Of a DNA stretch of 64,000 nucleotides, positions 12,236-23,830 are shown in pieces. The notes below the pieces were generated by a model. That model was given only the letters and a program-made list of their open reading frames with translations. It had not been told where the DNA came from and did not search any database. Positions within the stretch are counted from its first letter, which is position 1. Every line of letters starts with the position of its first letter. The stretch spans positions 61,256,001 to 61,320,000 of the forward strand of contig NC_043008.1 of assembly GCF_006345805.1 (NCBI RefSeq), written 5' to 3'. The stretch is from Octopus sinensis (lineage: Eukaryota). Position numbers and translations under genes: made by a program.

Positions 12236-13036
12236 GATTAGCAGTGTGGTAAGTAGCTAGCTTGCTAACCACATAGTTCCGAGTTCAGCCCCCCTGCGTT
12301 GCACCTTGGACAGCTGTCTTCTACTATAGCTTCGACCGACTAAAGCCATGTGAGTGGAACTGGTTGACGAAAACGGAAAGAAGCCCGTCGTATATATGTG
12401 TGCGTGTGTGTATATATATATATATGTGTGTGTCTGTGTGTGTGTGTGTGTGTAGTGAAGGCGCATGGCTCAGTGGTTAGAGCGTCGAGCTTGCGATCGT
12501 GAGACTGTGAGCTCGAATCCCGGACCGGGCTGCCTGTTGTGTTCTTGAGCAAGACACTTTATTTCACGTTGCTCCAGTTAACTCAGCTATAGAAATGAGT
12601 TGCAACATCACTGATGCCAAGCTGTATCAGCTTTTGCCTTTCCTTTGGATAACACTGGTGGTGTGGAGAGGGGAGGCTGGTATGCATGGGTGACTGCTGG
12701 CCTTCCATAAACAACATTGCTCGGACTTGTGACAAGGAGTGTAACTTTCTAGGTGCAGTCCCATGGTTAGTGTCGTGACCGAAGGGGGTCCCGATATATG
12801 TGTGCGTGTGCGTCTGTGTGTGTGTATGTATGTTTGTGTGTCTGTTTATCCACCAAACATCGCTTGACAACCGACGGTGGTGTGTTTACGTCCCTGTAAA
12901 CTAGCGGTTCGGCAAAATAGACCTATAGAATGAGTACTAGGCATCCAAAGAATAAGGCTTGGGGTCGATATGCTCGACTAAAGGCGGTGCTCCAGCAAGG
13001 CCACAGTCAAATCATTGAAACAAATAAAAGAGTAAG
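12236..13036 (+). mobile_element. SINE family B interrupted by a family D SINE at 12457-12790
   Basis: The B 5' half ends in its (TG)n tract. The D copy runs gaaggcgcatggctcagtggttag...gaccgaagggggtc. The B 3' half resumes at ~12795. Confidence 0.85.
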
Positions 13037-13282
13037 AGTATACGATTTTGTGCAAAAGAATAGATTCTTGACAAAGTTGATTTTACTGGTTGATACATGG
13101 TAAGAAAACTTCTTTACGAGGGAAATTAATATTCCACAAATATAAACTAATTCCAAATCAGATATCACATTTGTAATCAGTAGCTTACAAAATTCATGTG
13201 GTATCGTTTATATTTTTCAGTTCTAAACAAAAATTCAGGATGTATTTTCTTATTATTTATTCGTAGCGCTTGCGCGATAAAC

Positions 13283-13470
13283 TGGCGGAACCGTTGGATT
13301 ATCGGGCGAATAAGCGTAAGAATTTGTCCTCCGACCCTTTACATGCAGAGATCGAATATTGACGCGGTCAGCTTTGCTTTTTATCTTTTCATGGTCGATA
13401 AGATAAAGTTCCAGCCCGGCACTGAGGTTTTGTGATCACTGATCCCCTTCATCGTATTTCAGACCTAATT
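13283..13470 (+). mobile_element. Very old SINE-A remnant
   Basis: ctggcggaaccgtt...gctttgctttttatcttttcatggtcgataagataaagttccag. Confidence 0.5.
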
Positions 13471-15031
13471 ATATGGCAAAACATTTATTCATTTGATTGT
13501 TTCTTCCTATATTCAGCTTTCTCTTTTACATGCGTATTTTCTTAACATTTATGTGCAATCAACTTTTGGAATACAGTGTATTTTATTGAAATGCATTTTA
13601 TGGGATGAGATATTGCAAGGCCTGTAACAATTTTAGTTTTAATGGTTCCTACTAAAGGAAGTCAACATTTGTCATCTTTTAAGAAGAAACAACATCTTTC
13701 ATTTCATAATGAAATTTATAGTTTCAAAGCCGTCAAGACAAACAGCTTCGAGTGAAGCATTCACTTAACCATAACACGTAGAATAATCCACGGAAATCAT
13801 GAAATAAACATATCAGTCAGTTCAAAAAATATTGGGGAAACGAAAAAGGATTTGTGTTGAAGAGATAACAGGAAGCATACTAGAAATTAGCTCTTAAGGT
13901 ATTTCTATACATGTGGCAGAACAATTGTTTATCGAAAGTCCATTGGAATGGATCTGAAATTGCCTTAAATCTATAGTAGGACTTCTCCTGAAAGCTTCAA
14001 ATGTTGAAGAAAATCCATTAGTGTCAGAAAAGCAATTCCTTAAATAGCATAACGGAAATCCTTCATCTCTTCCAGAATGTTATATTTTTGAATTAATCAA
14101 GATTTTCCACGAACAGATTAATGGAAAAAATATATCTTGGGGAAAAATGAATGAGATTGAGCTTACAATAGGCAAGGCTTTAGTGCCCATATTATAACAT
14201 TATGTCAGAGAAGAGAACACTCTTTGTCTGCAGTAAGTGATTCACAGCGAGATTGCAGAGATTGGCGTATATAACCTCATACATCCACTAGCGCATACCA
14301 AAACGGAAATATGCCAATATGATATATTTGATCATTCTGCAGACCGTTTAACGTCTCTTCAAAGTCGTAAAATTAAGACAAAATTAAGACATATATTAAG
14401 TCAGGAAAGAATAAAATTTTCAACTATTTAGAAATGGTTCACACTTAAACAAAATTTTGCTGGAGAATGAAATTTGACAATTTGATAAAAATAATTCAAG
14501 AATATTTACAATTTAATAATACCAGGAATACGGCTTATTAGGTTCGGACATGAATAAACATGAATTTAATTTTTTAAAAATATGAATCTAATAAATATTT
14601 TGTTCTCACCGAAGATGAGCAGTAATTTAAATACGGGATATTGTACTATGCTATCAGCTCTTTAAACAATTGTAACCATATCACTACTAACATGTTGAAT
14701 CTAACACATTTTGAGATTTTTAATATTATAATATCCCTGTGTCCTTTCTGTGCATATATATAATTTGTTTATAGACACAAGAAAATCAATAACATCTTTG
14801 TCGAAAGAATATCAGATTACCAAACGTGTTTTAATGGTCCTTACGTTGTCAACATCTTCTTTATTGTACACATAAAATACTTCTTTCTCCATGGTGTTAT
14901 ATTGTAGTTTAAAGAGATAGTTTTATCTGATATATTTCCAAGTTTAACAATTGCTTGGTTCATTCAGAAAGCTTCACACATAATGGCCGAGTGGACAGCC
15001 CAAAATGAGATTGGGTTTTCATTACTCTTAT

Positions 15032-15120
15032 GAGTTCAAATTCCGCCGAGGTCGAATTTGCCTTTCATCCTTTCGGGGTCGATAAATTAAGAACCAGTTA
15101 CGCACTGGGGTCGATATAAT
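15032..15120 (+). mobile_element. SINE-A internal fragment
   Basis: Runs from the B-box gagttcaaattcc to actggggtcgatataat. Confidence 0.8.
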
Positions 15121-15144
15121 CCTGACATGGAATAACCGAATATA

Positions 15145-15315
15145 CAGGAGGTTCAGTTAATTATGGTTTTATTCAACATACTCCCCTCCCAGGTTCACTC
15201 ACTTATTGCACAGATCCTTTAGTTTTTCTAATCCTTGGAAAATAAATAGGAAATTTGAACTACTAGTCCGGCCTTTCGCAATAACTTTGAAGCCATGACC
15301 TTTTCAGCACCCCTC
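15145..15315 (-). mobile_element. Short non-autonomous mariner derivative
   Basis: The minus strand begins gaggggtgctgaaaag (mariner TIR-like), encodes FQGLEKLKDLCNK*VNLGGEYVE* (mariner C-terminus) and ends at TA (15143-15144). Confidence 0.7.
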
Positions 15316-15877
15316 CAATATGAAGAACCAATTTTAAAATTGTCAACTCAACTGAATATGTTTCACTGAATTGGTGGTATTGAACGCCAGCATGACCGTA
15401 GTTTACTTATAAAGAGACATGTTTCCAACTATATTATGATAAGAACGTCCTAGCGAGTTCATTTTCCCCTACATGGGGAAGCAACCAACTAAATGCATTG
15501 ATTTCTCTTAATTATACCACAATATATAGATTTAGATATATACTGATTTAGTGTTCAACGTGTTCCCACCGATAATATCGTAAACCCACAATACTATACA
15601 TACACTAACAATATTATCTCAATACATTCAATTATGTAATGCTTTGCATACTCCCAGTGGATACGTTTTTATGGAGTTTCACAAAATAGCAGTGCAGAAT
15701 GTACTATTCAAATATTAAGAAATGAAGTGAGTACTTTTCCCTGAATTTCTTAGGTGGTTTCCAATTGAATCAAGGCAAATTAAGATAAGACCTGTTAAGA
15801 AGGGTGGGTGTTTTTGCCATGAATAAAATAGTTTAAGCGACAAACAATGCACATTTAAAAACAAACAATGCGAAATT

Positions 15878-15958
15878 TCTGGCAGAGTGAATTCCGTCAT
15901 GGTGATGACACTATGCCCAGTTGACCCTACCACACTGTGTAGTCGACAAAAACATGAA
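15878..15958 (-). mobile_element. 81-nt fragment of the maT element 5' UTR and start codon, between 36-nt direct repeats
   Basis: The minus strand reads ctacacagtgtggtagggtca...caccATGACGGAATTCACTCTGCCAGAAATT (MTEFTLPEI) and aligns with ~49959-50035. Flanks 15842-15877 and 15959-15994 differ at 1 of 36 nt. Confidence 0.65.
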
Positions 15959-16598
15959 AAACAATGCACAATTAAAAACAAACAATGCGAAATTAAAATT
16001 ATAAAATAGAGATAATTTACGCTGTATGACGGAAAATGGACTTGGTGGGGAATGCGTTAAGTAAATTGCAAAACAAATGTAGCACATCAATTAGGGAAAG
16101 TGCAATGGTGATATGATATAAACAAGAGTATAACAATAAAATACTTAAAATTAGAATATTGGCTAACCTTACACACTTTCCTGCAGTATTCGTAATCTAA
16201 ATTCGTTGGTAATGATTCAATGCTGGAATCATGAAACCATGCTACAGCTTCATATAAGCGAAACGTTATATGCTGTCAGTTCTATAGGGCGTGAAGCTAG
16301 TGTGTATTCATGAGCACATACAAAGACGCACGTACCCATACCGGCGTCGCATCGTGGACAGACATACACATGCTATCACTGTTAAGGGGTTGTCGTTAAA
16401 TACAATCATAAACAAAAATATGGTCTTACTAGAGTTGTATAGTCTTTACTCTGCTGCACATGACTGAGCCAGGGTGTCTGGCGGCGGTTTAATGTTTTTA
16501 TATATTATATAAATACATTATATATTTTTGTGTGTGTATTTATACAAATCAGCACACCTTTATATGTTCCCATATACATATTTCAGACACATACTCAC

Positions 16599-16656
<58 letters not shown>

Positions 16657-17108
16657 TCGAATACAGGTATACAGTGTATGTCTATGTGCGGGTATACACA
16701 CACACGTACATGTATATATATATATATATATACATATGAGTATGCGTCTGAAATATGCAATGGGATTGAACCCAGAGCCATGTGGCTCGAAAGCGTCTTC
16801 AAACACAGCTATGCCTGCGCCTTAAATAAAGTAATAACCTTAGTAAAAAAGAAATATATGCATCGAGTTTGTGTGTCTGTGTTTAATGCAGCGGCTGAGG
16901 CGCGGCGGTTGACGGCTGCTAATGATTTCATCGGACGGGGACGCGGTCTCGTAGTCGTTACCGCCGCTCGGCCGAATGTGCTCTCCGTCGCGCTGTCGTG
17001 CAGTGCCTGCGCTTCGCCGATAGCATGTGTGTGTGTGTGAATACACGCATACAATGTATGTCTATGTGCGTGAATACACACACACACGTATATGTATGTA
17101 TGTGTATA

Positions 17109-17161
<53 letters not shown>

Positions 17162-17483
17162 GAGTACGCCTCTGAAATATGCAATGAGTCTGAACCCAGA
17201 GCCAGCTATGCCGACGCCTTAAAGCAATACCCTAAGTAAAAAAGAAACTTATGCAGCGTTGATCATTGTAATGATTATGGAGTTGTTGATTTATCGAACG
17301 GTATATTGATACCTGTTTAGTTGTTGGTTACGTTGAGTCCACCACGTGATTTTTTACGTAATCACACTCTATTTACATGAATATATATGAATCCTTCCAC
17401 ATTAAGTCCATAGAGCTAGATTATATGGACACTTGGCTACTATTTCTCGCAAACTGATCTACCACATAAACTTGTCTGCTCAC

Positions 17484-17543
17484 ATTGGCTTCTCGGTGGA
17501 ATTCAAGTGATGTGTGACAGAGCTTTCCGTGGGAAAGTCTTCC
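17484..17543 (-). other. Candidate 60-nt exon
   Basis: tttcatcttttttcag|GGAAGAC...GCCAAT|gtgagc on the minus strand. Open in two frames. No recognised homology. Confidence 0.15.
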
Positions 17544-17921
17544 CTGAAAAAAGATGAAATGAGGTCAACTGCTTTAATGTGTCTTAGAAAATGATGTTAC
17601 TTCCAGAGTAGGAGGAAGGAAATGTCTGATCGGTTGTCATGGTTTGACTTTATGGGGTAGTTATATTGTATCCTGAGAGGATATTCGTCCTTACCCTAAC
17701 TAAGATTAAGATCATCATATTCATATTGTCGTTTCATATTTGTACCAAGAATTGTAGATACATTGGAATGCATAGAGTACGCATGCGTATATATTGTGTA
17801 TGTTTGTGTGTACAAATACGTAGCCACACAGAAATGCATATATACATAAATATATATGTGCGTTGATGTATTGTTATATATGTGCGTAAGTATGTATCGC
17901 TCTATCTCTCTCTCTCTCTAG

Positions 17922-18063
<142 letters not shown>

Positions 18064-18610
18064 CATACACACACACTAAAACACACACACAGACATATAT
18101 TTATTGGTAGGTATTCGTTCCCCTGCTCACAGGAAAATCCAATGCAGCTGTACATCGATCACCAGTTCTACCAAATACATTTGGGGTTACCTTTCAAAAG
18201 TCTTTCTTGAAAATAATCCTTTCTTAGTGGTAACACCATAGGAGGTCTATTTCTAGCATAATAGATGTCCACTTAGTGGTCATCTTTTCTTATATGTATG
18301 TAATAAAATTTTTCTGAATCTTCAGATTTTTCCCTATGCTAGACCACTGGTTTTAAATTGATATTAATCAAATTAATATTCAATTTTTCACCCTTATTAT
18401 TTTAAATCTAAATTTAAGTAACTATGTTCTCTAACAGGAAAAACACATTACAGAGAATAATTTTCTGCTGAATTATTTCCGCTATTTTTGCGCGCCAAAA
18501 TGAAGATTTTTGAACGATAACCCCAAACGTAATTGGTAGAATTGTATTAATGTTCAATCTCATGTGGACTTCTCGTGTATATTTCTGCAAATTATAATTT
18601 GCTATGACGA

Positions 18611-18680
18611 TCACACTGATGAGTTGCGGACAATTACTTAAGTAATTACGTAAGTGGTAACAGCGAAATCGGATTTGTGA
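18611..18680 (+). ncRNA. Type I hammerhead ribozyme with extended stem II, predicted AUU cleavage after 18675
   Basis: tcaca-CTGATGA-gttg[34 nt containing the palindrome aattacttaagtaatt]cagc-GAAA-t[cgg]a-TT-tgtga. Core intact, stem I 5 bp, stem II base 4 bp with one G-U. Confidence 0.6.
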
Positions 18681-18849
18681 ATAATCTTTACATTTCGTTT
18701 CTTTTCATTTGTCATGCTCGCTTACGTTCTGCCGTTTGCTGAAATTTCTTGAGAACAATCTTTTCTTAGTGGTAAGACCATAGGGTGTTTACTTCTAGCA
18801 TAATTGATATCCACTTAGTGGTCATACCTCTTATATGTATATGTGTATG

Positions 18850-18880
<31 letters not shown>

Positions 18881-19093
18881 ATATACGCGTGTATATATAT
18901 AAATATAATTTAATATAATATATATATATATATATAATTTAATATAATATATATATATATATAGACATGTGTATAGGTGTATCAGTATATGCATAAGTTT
19001 TAACCATATATCTACATATTTATCAATCTATTTGCGTGTAAGTATGTATGTATACACAAACCGATAAGGACAAGTACATGCCCTCACACACAG

Positions 19094-19172
<79 letters not shown>

Positions 19173-20054
19173 CGGAAACTCAAGTTAGATTGTATTCAAT
19201 TAAAATCGTCCTTTATATATCATACTTAATGTACTTAAACAAGGTTCATAGACCTGTTACTGATATATTAGTTCGGAAATAGCAACTCTTTTCGAATTAG
19301 TATTTTGTGATTTCCCGAAATATCGACAGGCGACAAAGATGAGACTTTGTAACGACGATCATGATGCCATGGCAAGAAATGTTTTGTTTAGTGGATCCTA
19401 TATCAGGAGGGACGAATTACTTCCGCGTTTATGGCTGGCTGCGAGTATACGCATGGAAAATTCCCATTAAGGACGAACGGCAACCGGCGTTCTTGCAGTC
19501 TGCCGCTTTCACGGATTTTCATATCCCATTGATACTTTCAGTCATCAACGAAGTTGTCTCAGAACAAGTACTACAGTAAGCGGCCCATCAAAACTATATA
19601 TACATCAAACACATCACATAGATCTGTCTGTTTGTGCGTACGTGCATACATAATTGCATAAAATCACGGAGTTTCAGCTCTGTTATCAACCCATCTCTTC
19701 CTTAATGAATTACGTATATGGTCATGTATTCAGCACGCTTGTGAAACTTTAGCGTAATTCCCATGCGGATATAGCTTCATCGTATGAAACAAGTATGGAC
19801 ATTTCCATTCCTGATACAATATACGTGTCAGGTTACACGAACTTCTACTTGCACAATTTCATTTATAAGTTCGCCCCACCATATCCTATATAAACTATCA
19901 CCTATATGAAACGCCAGCGATGCACGGAGATACTTCTTGTAATGGCCGAAGAAACTTCTTAAGTGCGGTCAAACTGCCTCTACATGCACGCTCTTTTCTC
20001 TCTTTCTGTCTTTCTAAGAGTTACCCAAAAACACATAGATGCACACACACCCGG

Positions 20055-20197
20055 CAACTGATACTTATTTTATTGACTCCGAAAGGGTTTAAAGCAAAGT
20101 GCACTTTGGTGGAATTTTAACTCAGACCGTAAAAACGGGAGAAATGCCGCTGACCATTTTGCCTGGCTTACTAACGATTCTCTGAGATCACCGCCTT
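20055..20197 (-). mobile_element. Old diverged SINE-A
   Basis: Degenerate gaaagg..aaagcaaagtg..gaattttaactcag..caccgcctt. Confidence 0.6.
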
Positions 20198-20524
20198 ATC
20201 ATTATCGTATAATATTAAAACGAAATCAAAAGATGGATATGAGTTGTCCTATATAATTTCTAAGGTCAATCGGCACTGACTTATCCGCAGATGTTTTATA
20301 TTATTATATACGAAGATAATATTAGCATTCATAGGCTCATAAATGTCACATTACTAATGATAAAAATTATGTACGTATATGGGAACCAAGACAAAGACTG
20401 GTGTGGTAGTATTTGTTCAAGATTAGGAGATCTCTGGCTACATTCAGAATATAGAGTATGCTGAAAATAATTGTAATCTATGAACCTATCTAGTTCGGCC
20501 TAAATTTTTAGGTCCTACACATGA

Positions 20525-20555
<31 letters not shown>

Positions 20556-22704
20556 TAGGTATACACATGAATATATGCTCTAAAGTAGTGGGATAACAAT
20601 CAGGATACATATCCCACACCAGGCTTCAGTGAGAGATTAAGTTCCGGAATTACTCAATCCAGCGTTAATTGTTGTCAAATTAAAGGAGTATGTTTTTTTA
20701 TTTGTATCACTCAATGGTGCTAACTAACGAAATGAGGTGATAGTTTCTACTTTGTAGAACCTACCAGCGCGTGAGCGGTGTTTAGTTATTGCAGACATCT
20801 TACTAGTTGGAAACTAACATTGAACATAAGTCTCAATGATCAACCTAAACATCAAAGAACACAATTTAATATATGGTGCGTTGTAACAGATGTGATAACT
20901 TACAAGAACTTAGTCAAACAAATCTCTTCAGAAATTCATTGGCATTCAACATTGTCATCTGTTGAATGAAAGAAAACAAAGAGACAATTATGATTTAAAA
21001 ACAACAATCAAAATCAAATCTCTGACACGTAATATAATGGAAGAATATCACCTAGAGAAACGTAAATGCACCAGTAAAGGGTAGCATTGATTATAATAAT
21101 ATAGCATTGATATACAAAGCTTTCTTTCATCAATCGTAACAAAAAAGAAGCTCTCGGTAGCACTAATGACATCTGCTTTGAATACATTATATGAAGAAAT
21201 TTTGGTGGACAGGTCCAGTATCTAGTAAACATAGAAAGCCGATGTTTTTATATTTTATCTCGGTATGCACATGAATATATGCTCTACAGTAGCGGGATAA
21301 CAATTGGGATATATATTTCACTCTAGGCTTGAGAGATAGATTAAGTCTGTACCTGTCACAGCATTTCCTTCGAAGAGTATTTTCTCGACAGCTCCTTTTC
21401 TTATTATTAACAACCTGTGTAACTAATTGTCAAAAGTCGTTGCAGCCACAAATATTTTGTTTCTGAATAAATATAAAATTAATGAAACAACTAATGAAAA
21501 TTTTTGCAGTGAAGTTACATTGCAGTGAAAAGTGGATTTACCTAATTAGTGGTTTGACCAATAATTTCTTTCATTTTTCTTTCAATGATCATTAATGCGG
21601 TTGTGTTATTTATTTTATGTATACATGTATTTTTACGTTAATAAAAGTTTTGAGAATTCCTATGTTGTTTTCCGTTTTCCGTGGCAGTTCATTACCAAAT
21701 AATGCTTTTCTGATATTTACATTGTTGAAATAATTGCATTAACAAGTGGACGTGTTTTATGGTTTGGGGATATTTTTTGAACATTTCGTGTTGAAACCTT
21801 AGCAAGTAGGAAGTGGTTGTCAAGCTAAATTACATTACTCGATTTTATCTTTGTATAGTATATAATATTAAATTATTATAAACATATAGGTAAATGCCAA
21901 ATGAAAGCGAATGGACAACTATCAGAAAACTCTGCAGGTGCGTGGCAAATGTTTGGGTTAGAACAAAACAGTTTTCGTGAAATGATTGAGCGGTCTCATT
22001 ATCATATTATTTTATAAGGACTTATCGATATTCGCTTTAGAATCCGACAAAGTCTACTTTCATTTTCGTTCTTTTCCAATACAAATTTAACTATCAATAA
22101 ATTTGAGGAAACGAATCATGTTAAACAAAATAAAGTAAATATATTTACAGTAGTGTAAATAAATTTATTTACACTATTGCTGAGTTTCACTTAAGAAAGT
22201 TGCTTCTATGATGTTAGAAAAATTGTAGCAATAAAGCAAAAAATTCATAAGCAACTTCTTTAATAAAGGAGGAACGGATATGCATGTTAAGAATATCGTT
22301 GTATAGTTGCCCACTCAGTTAAGGCCAACTTAGGGTTTAACATCATTACAATATCAATCAATTTTCTTATAGAGTAAAAGATTAACATTTACACACTGAC
22401 AGAAAGTAAACTGGGTGAATAGAATCATAATCGTATGCCTATTAACAATGTTATTTCACTACATTTATTCTGCTCTTGTGCTTTGAGACCATTATATAAA
22501 ATAAAAGAATATTCTCCATGAAGCACGTGAATTTTGCATCAAATCGGAAATTAATTTATACTGTTTTCTCAACATTCTGAATCTGAGTGCCGCTAAAGTT
22601 CCTGTTTTCAATTAAAGTATAGTAGTAGATTCCATTTAATAAATTGGATGCTTTTACATCGATAGGCTGAAAGTAATGATAAGTTCTTCACTTTGGATCA
22701 TATG

Positions 22705-23295
22705 CTACTCTAGGCTCCAGGCAGAAGGCCCGAAAGATCGACTCCAGTACCCAACTGGCACTTAATTTACTTATCCCGAAAGGATGAAAGGCAAAGTCGA
22801 CCTCGACGGAATTTGAACTGAGAACGTAAAGACAGACGAAATACCGCTAAGCATTTCACCCTGCGTGCTAACGTTTCTGCCAGCTCGCCGCCTTATTCTT
22901 TTCTACTCTAGGCACAAAGACCAAAATTTGGAGGAGGAGGCCAATCGATTAGATCGAACTCAGTATGCAACTGGTAATTAATTTATCGACCCTGAAAGGA
23001 TGAAAGGCAAAGTCAACCTAGGTGGAATTTGAACTCAGAACGTAAAGTCAGACGAAATACCGAAATTTCGCTCGGCGTGGTAACGCTTCTGCCAGCTCGC
23101 CGCCTTTAGAAGTGTTAGGCGAATAAAACAGAGGAGTATACTTTTCTACTCTAGGCAAAAGGCCCGATGTTTGGAGGGAGGGGCCACTCGATTAGATCGA
23201 CCCCAGTACGTAACTTGTACTTAATTTATCCATCCCGAAATGATAAAAGGCAAAGTCGACCTCGGCGGAATTTGAACCCAAAACGTAAAGACAGA
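22705..23295 (-). mobile_element. Three adjacent SINE-A copies with the A2 tail (22705-22894, 22898-23106, 23141-23295)
   Basis: Each carries ctactctaggc...gattagatcgac...gaaaggatgaaaggcaaagtc (with substitutions). The first two reach the tRNA head (ctgccagctcgccgcc). Confidence 0.85.
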
Positions 23296-23649
23296 AAGAG
23301 GTGTTGTCTGTATAGGAAGCCTAACAACTGCTGCATTTACTTGGTCTGGCTAAGAACAGGCTTAGCAGTAACATTGTGAACTTGGTTTCGCAACAGCGTA
23401 GTTGTTAATTTTGAAGGAATCTTCACCTTACTTTCTGTTTGTTGTTACTGTTTTATATCATTTGAATATTCGTTCAGCATATTTTGTTTTTATCAATGAC
23501 GTATCCAGGTATGTCCATCCTATCTTTTTAAACGCTATGTATTAAATTATAGATTTCCGTCGCTTTGGAGAATGAATATTTCGTTGTTTGTGATCAACTG
23601 AAATAGCTGCTCTTCTAGGCTGTGTAGAATCAACGTGAGTCAGTGTTTG

Positions 23650-23830
23650 ATATTATTTACTTTACTTAAACCCTCCGCTCCGTATAGAGCGTAGGCCAAT
23701 GAAGACATTTCTCCACTGTCTGCGATAATGGCTTGTCTTTCCTCTCCCGGTATGTTCTGGTTTTGAATTGTCATCTGTAACTTTGATTTTGCCATGAAGA
23801 GATTTTGGCCATCAATTGAGTCGTAACACA
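23650..23830 (-). mobile_element. Degraded RTE-clade LINE 3' end
   Basis: One minus frame reads VLRLN*WPKSLHG...RQWRNVFIGLRSIRSGGFK* and ends in ttaagtaaagtaa, resembling RTE C-termini (HVLR...WPK; DRxxWRxxVxGLCSxGS) with a (TAAG)n-like tail. It explains the 88-aa ORF 23640-23906 as off-frame. Confidence 0.55.

Noticed and set aside
15842-15994. Repeat-spacer-repeat that looks CRISPR-like
   Set aside because: Only two repeats, an 81-nt insert that is a transposon fragment, a eukaryotic context and no cas genes.
16240-16275. gctt-catat-aagc-GAAACGTT
   Set aside because: The core upstream is absent.
18486-18500. E2F-like site ttttgcgcgccaaaa
   Set aside because: An isolated motif with no promoter context.
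22151-22176. 26-nt perfect palindrome tagtgtaaataaatttatttacacta
   Set aside because: Real but very AT-rich and isolated, so no function can be argued.
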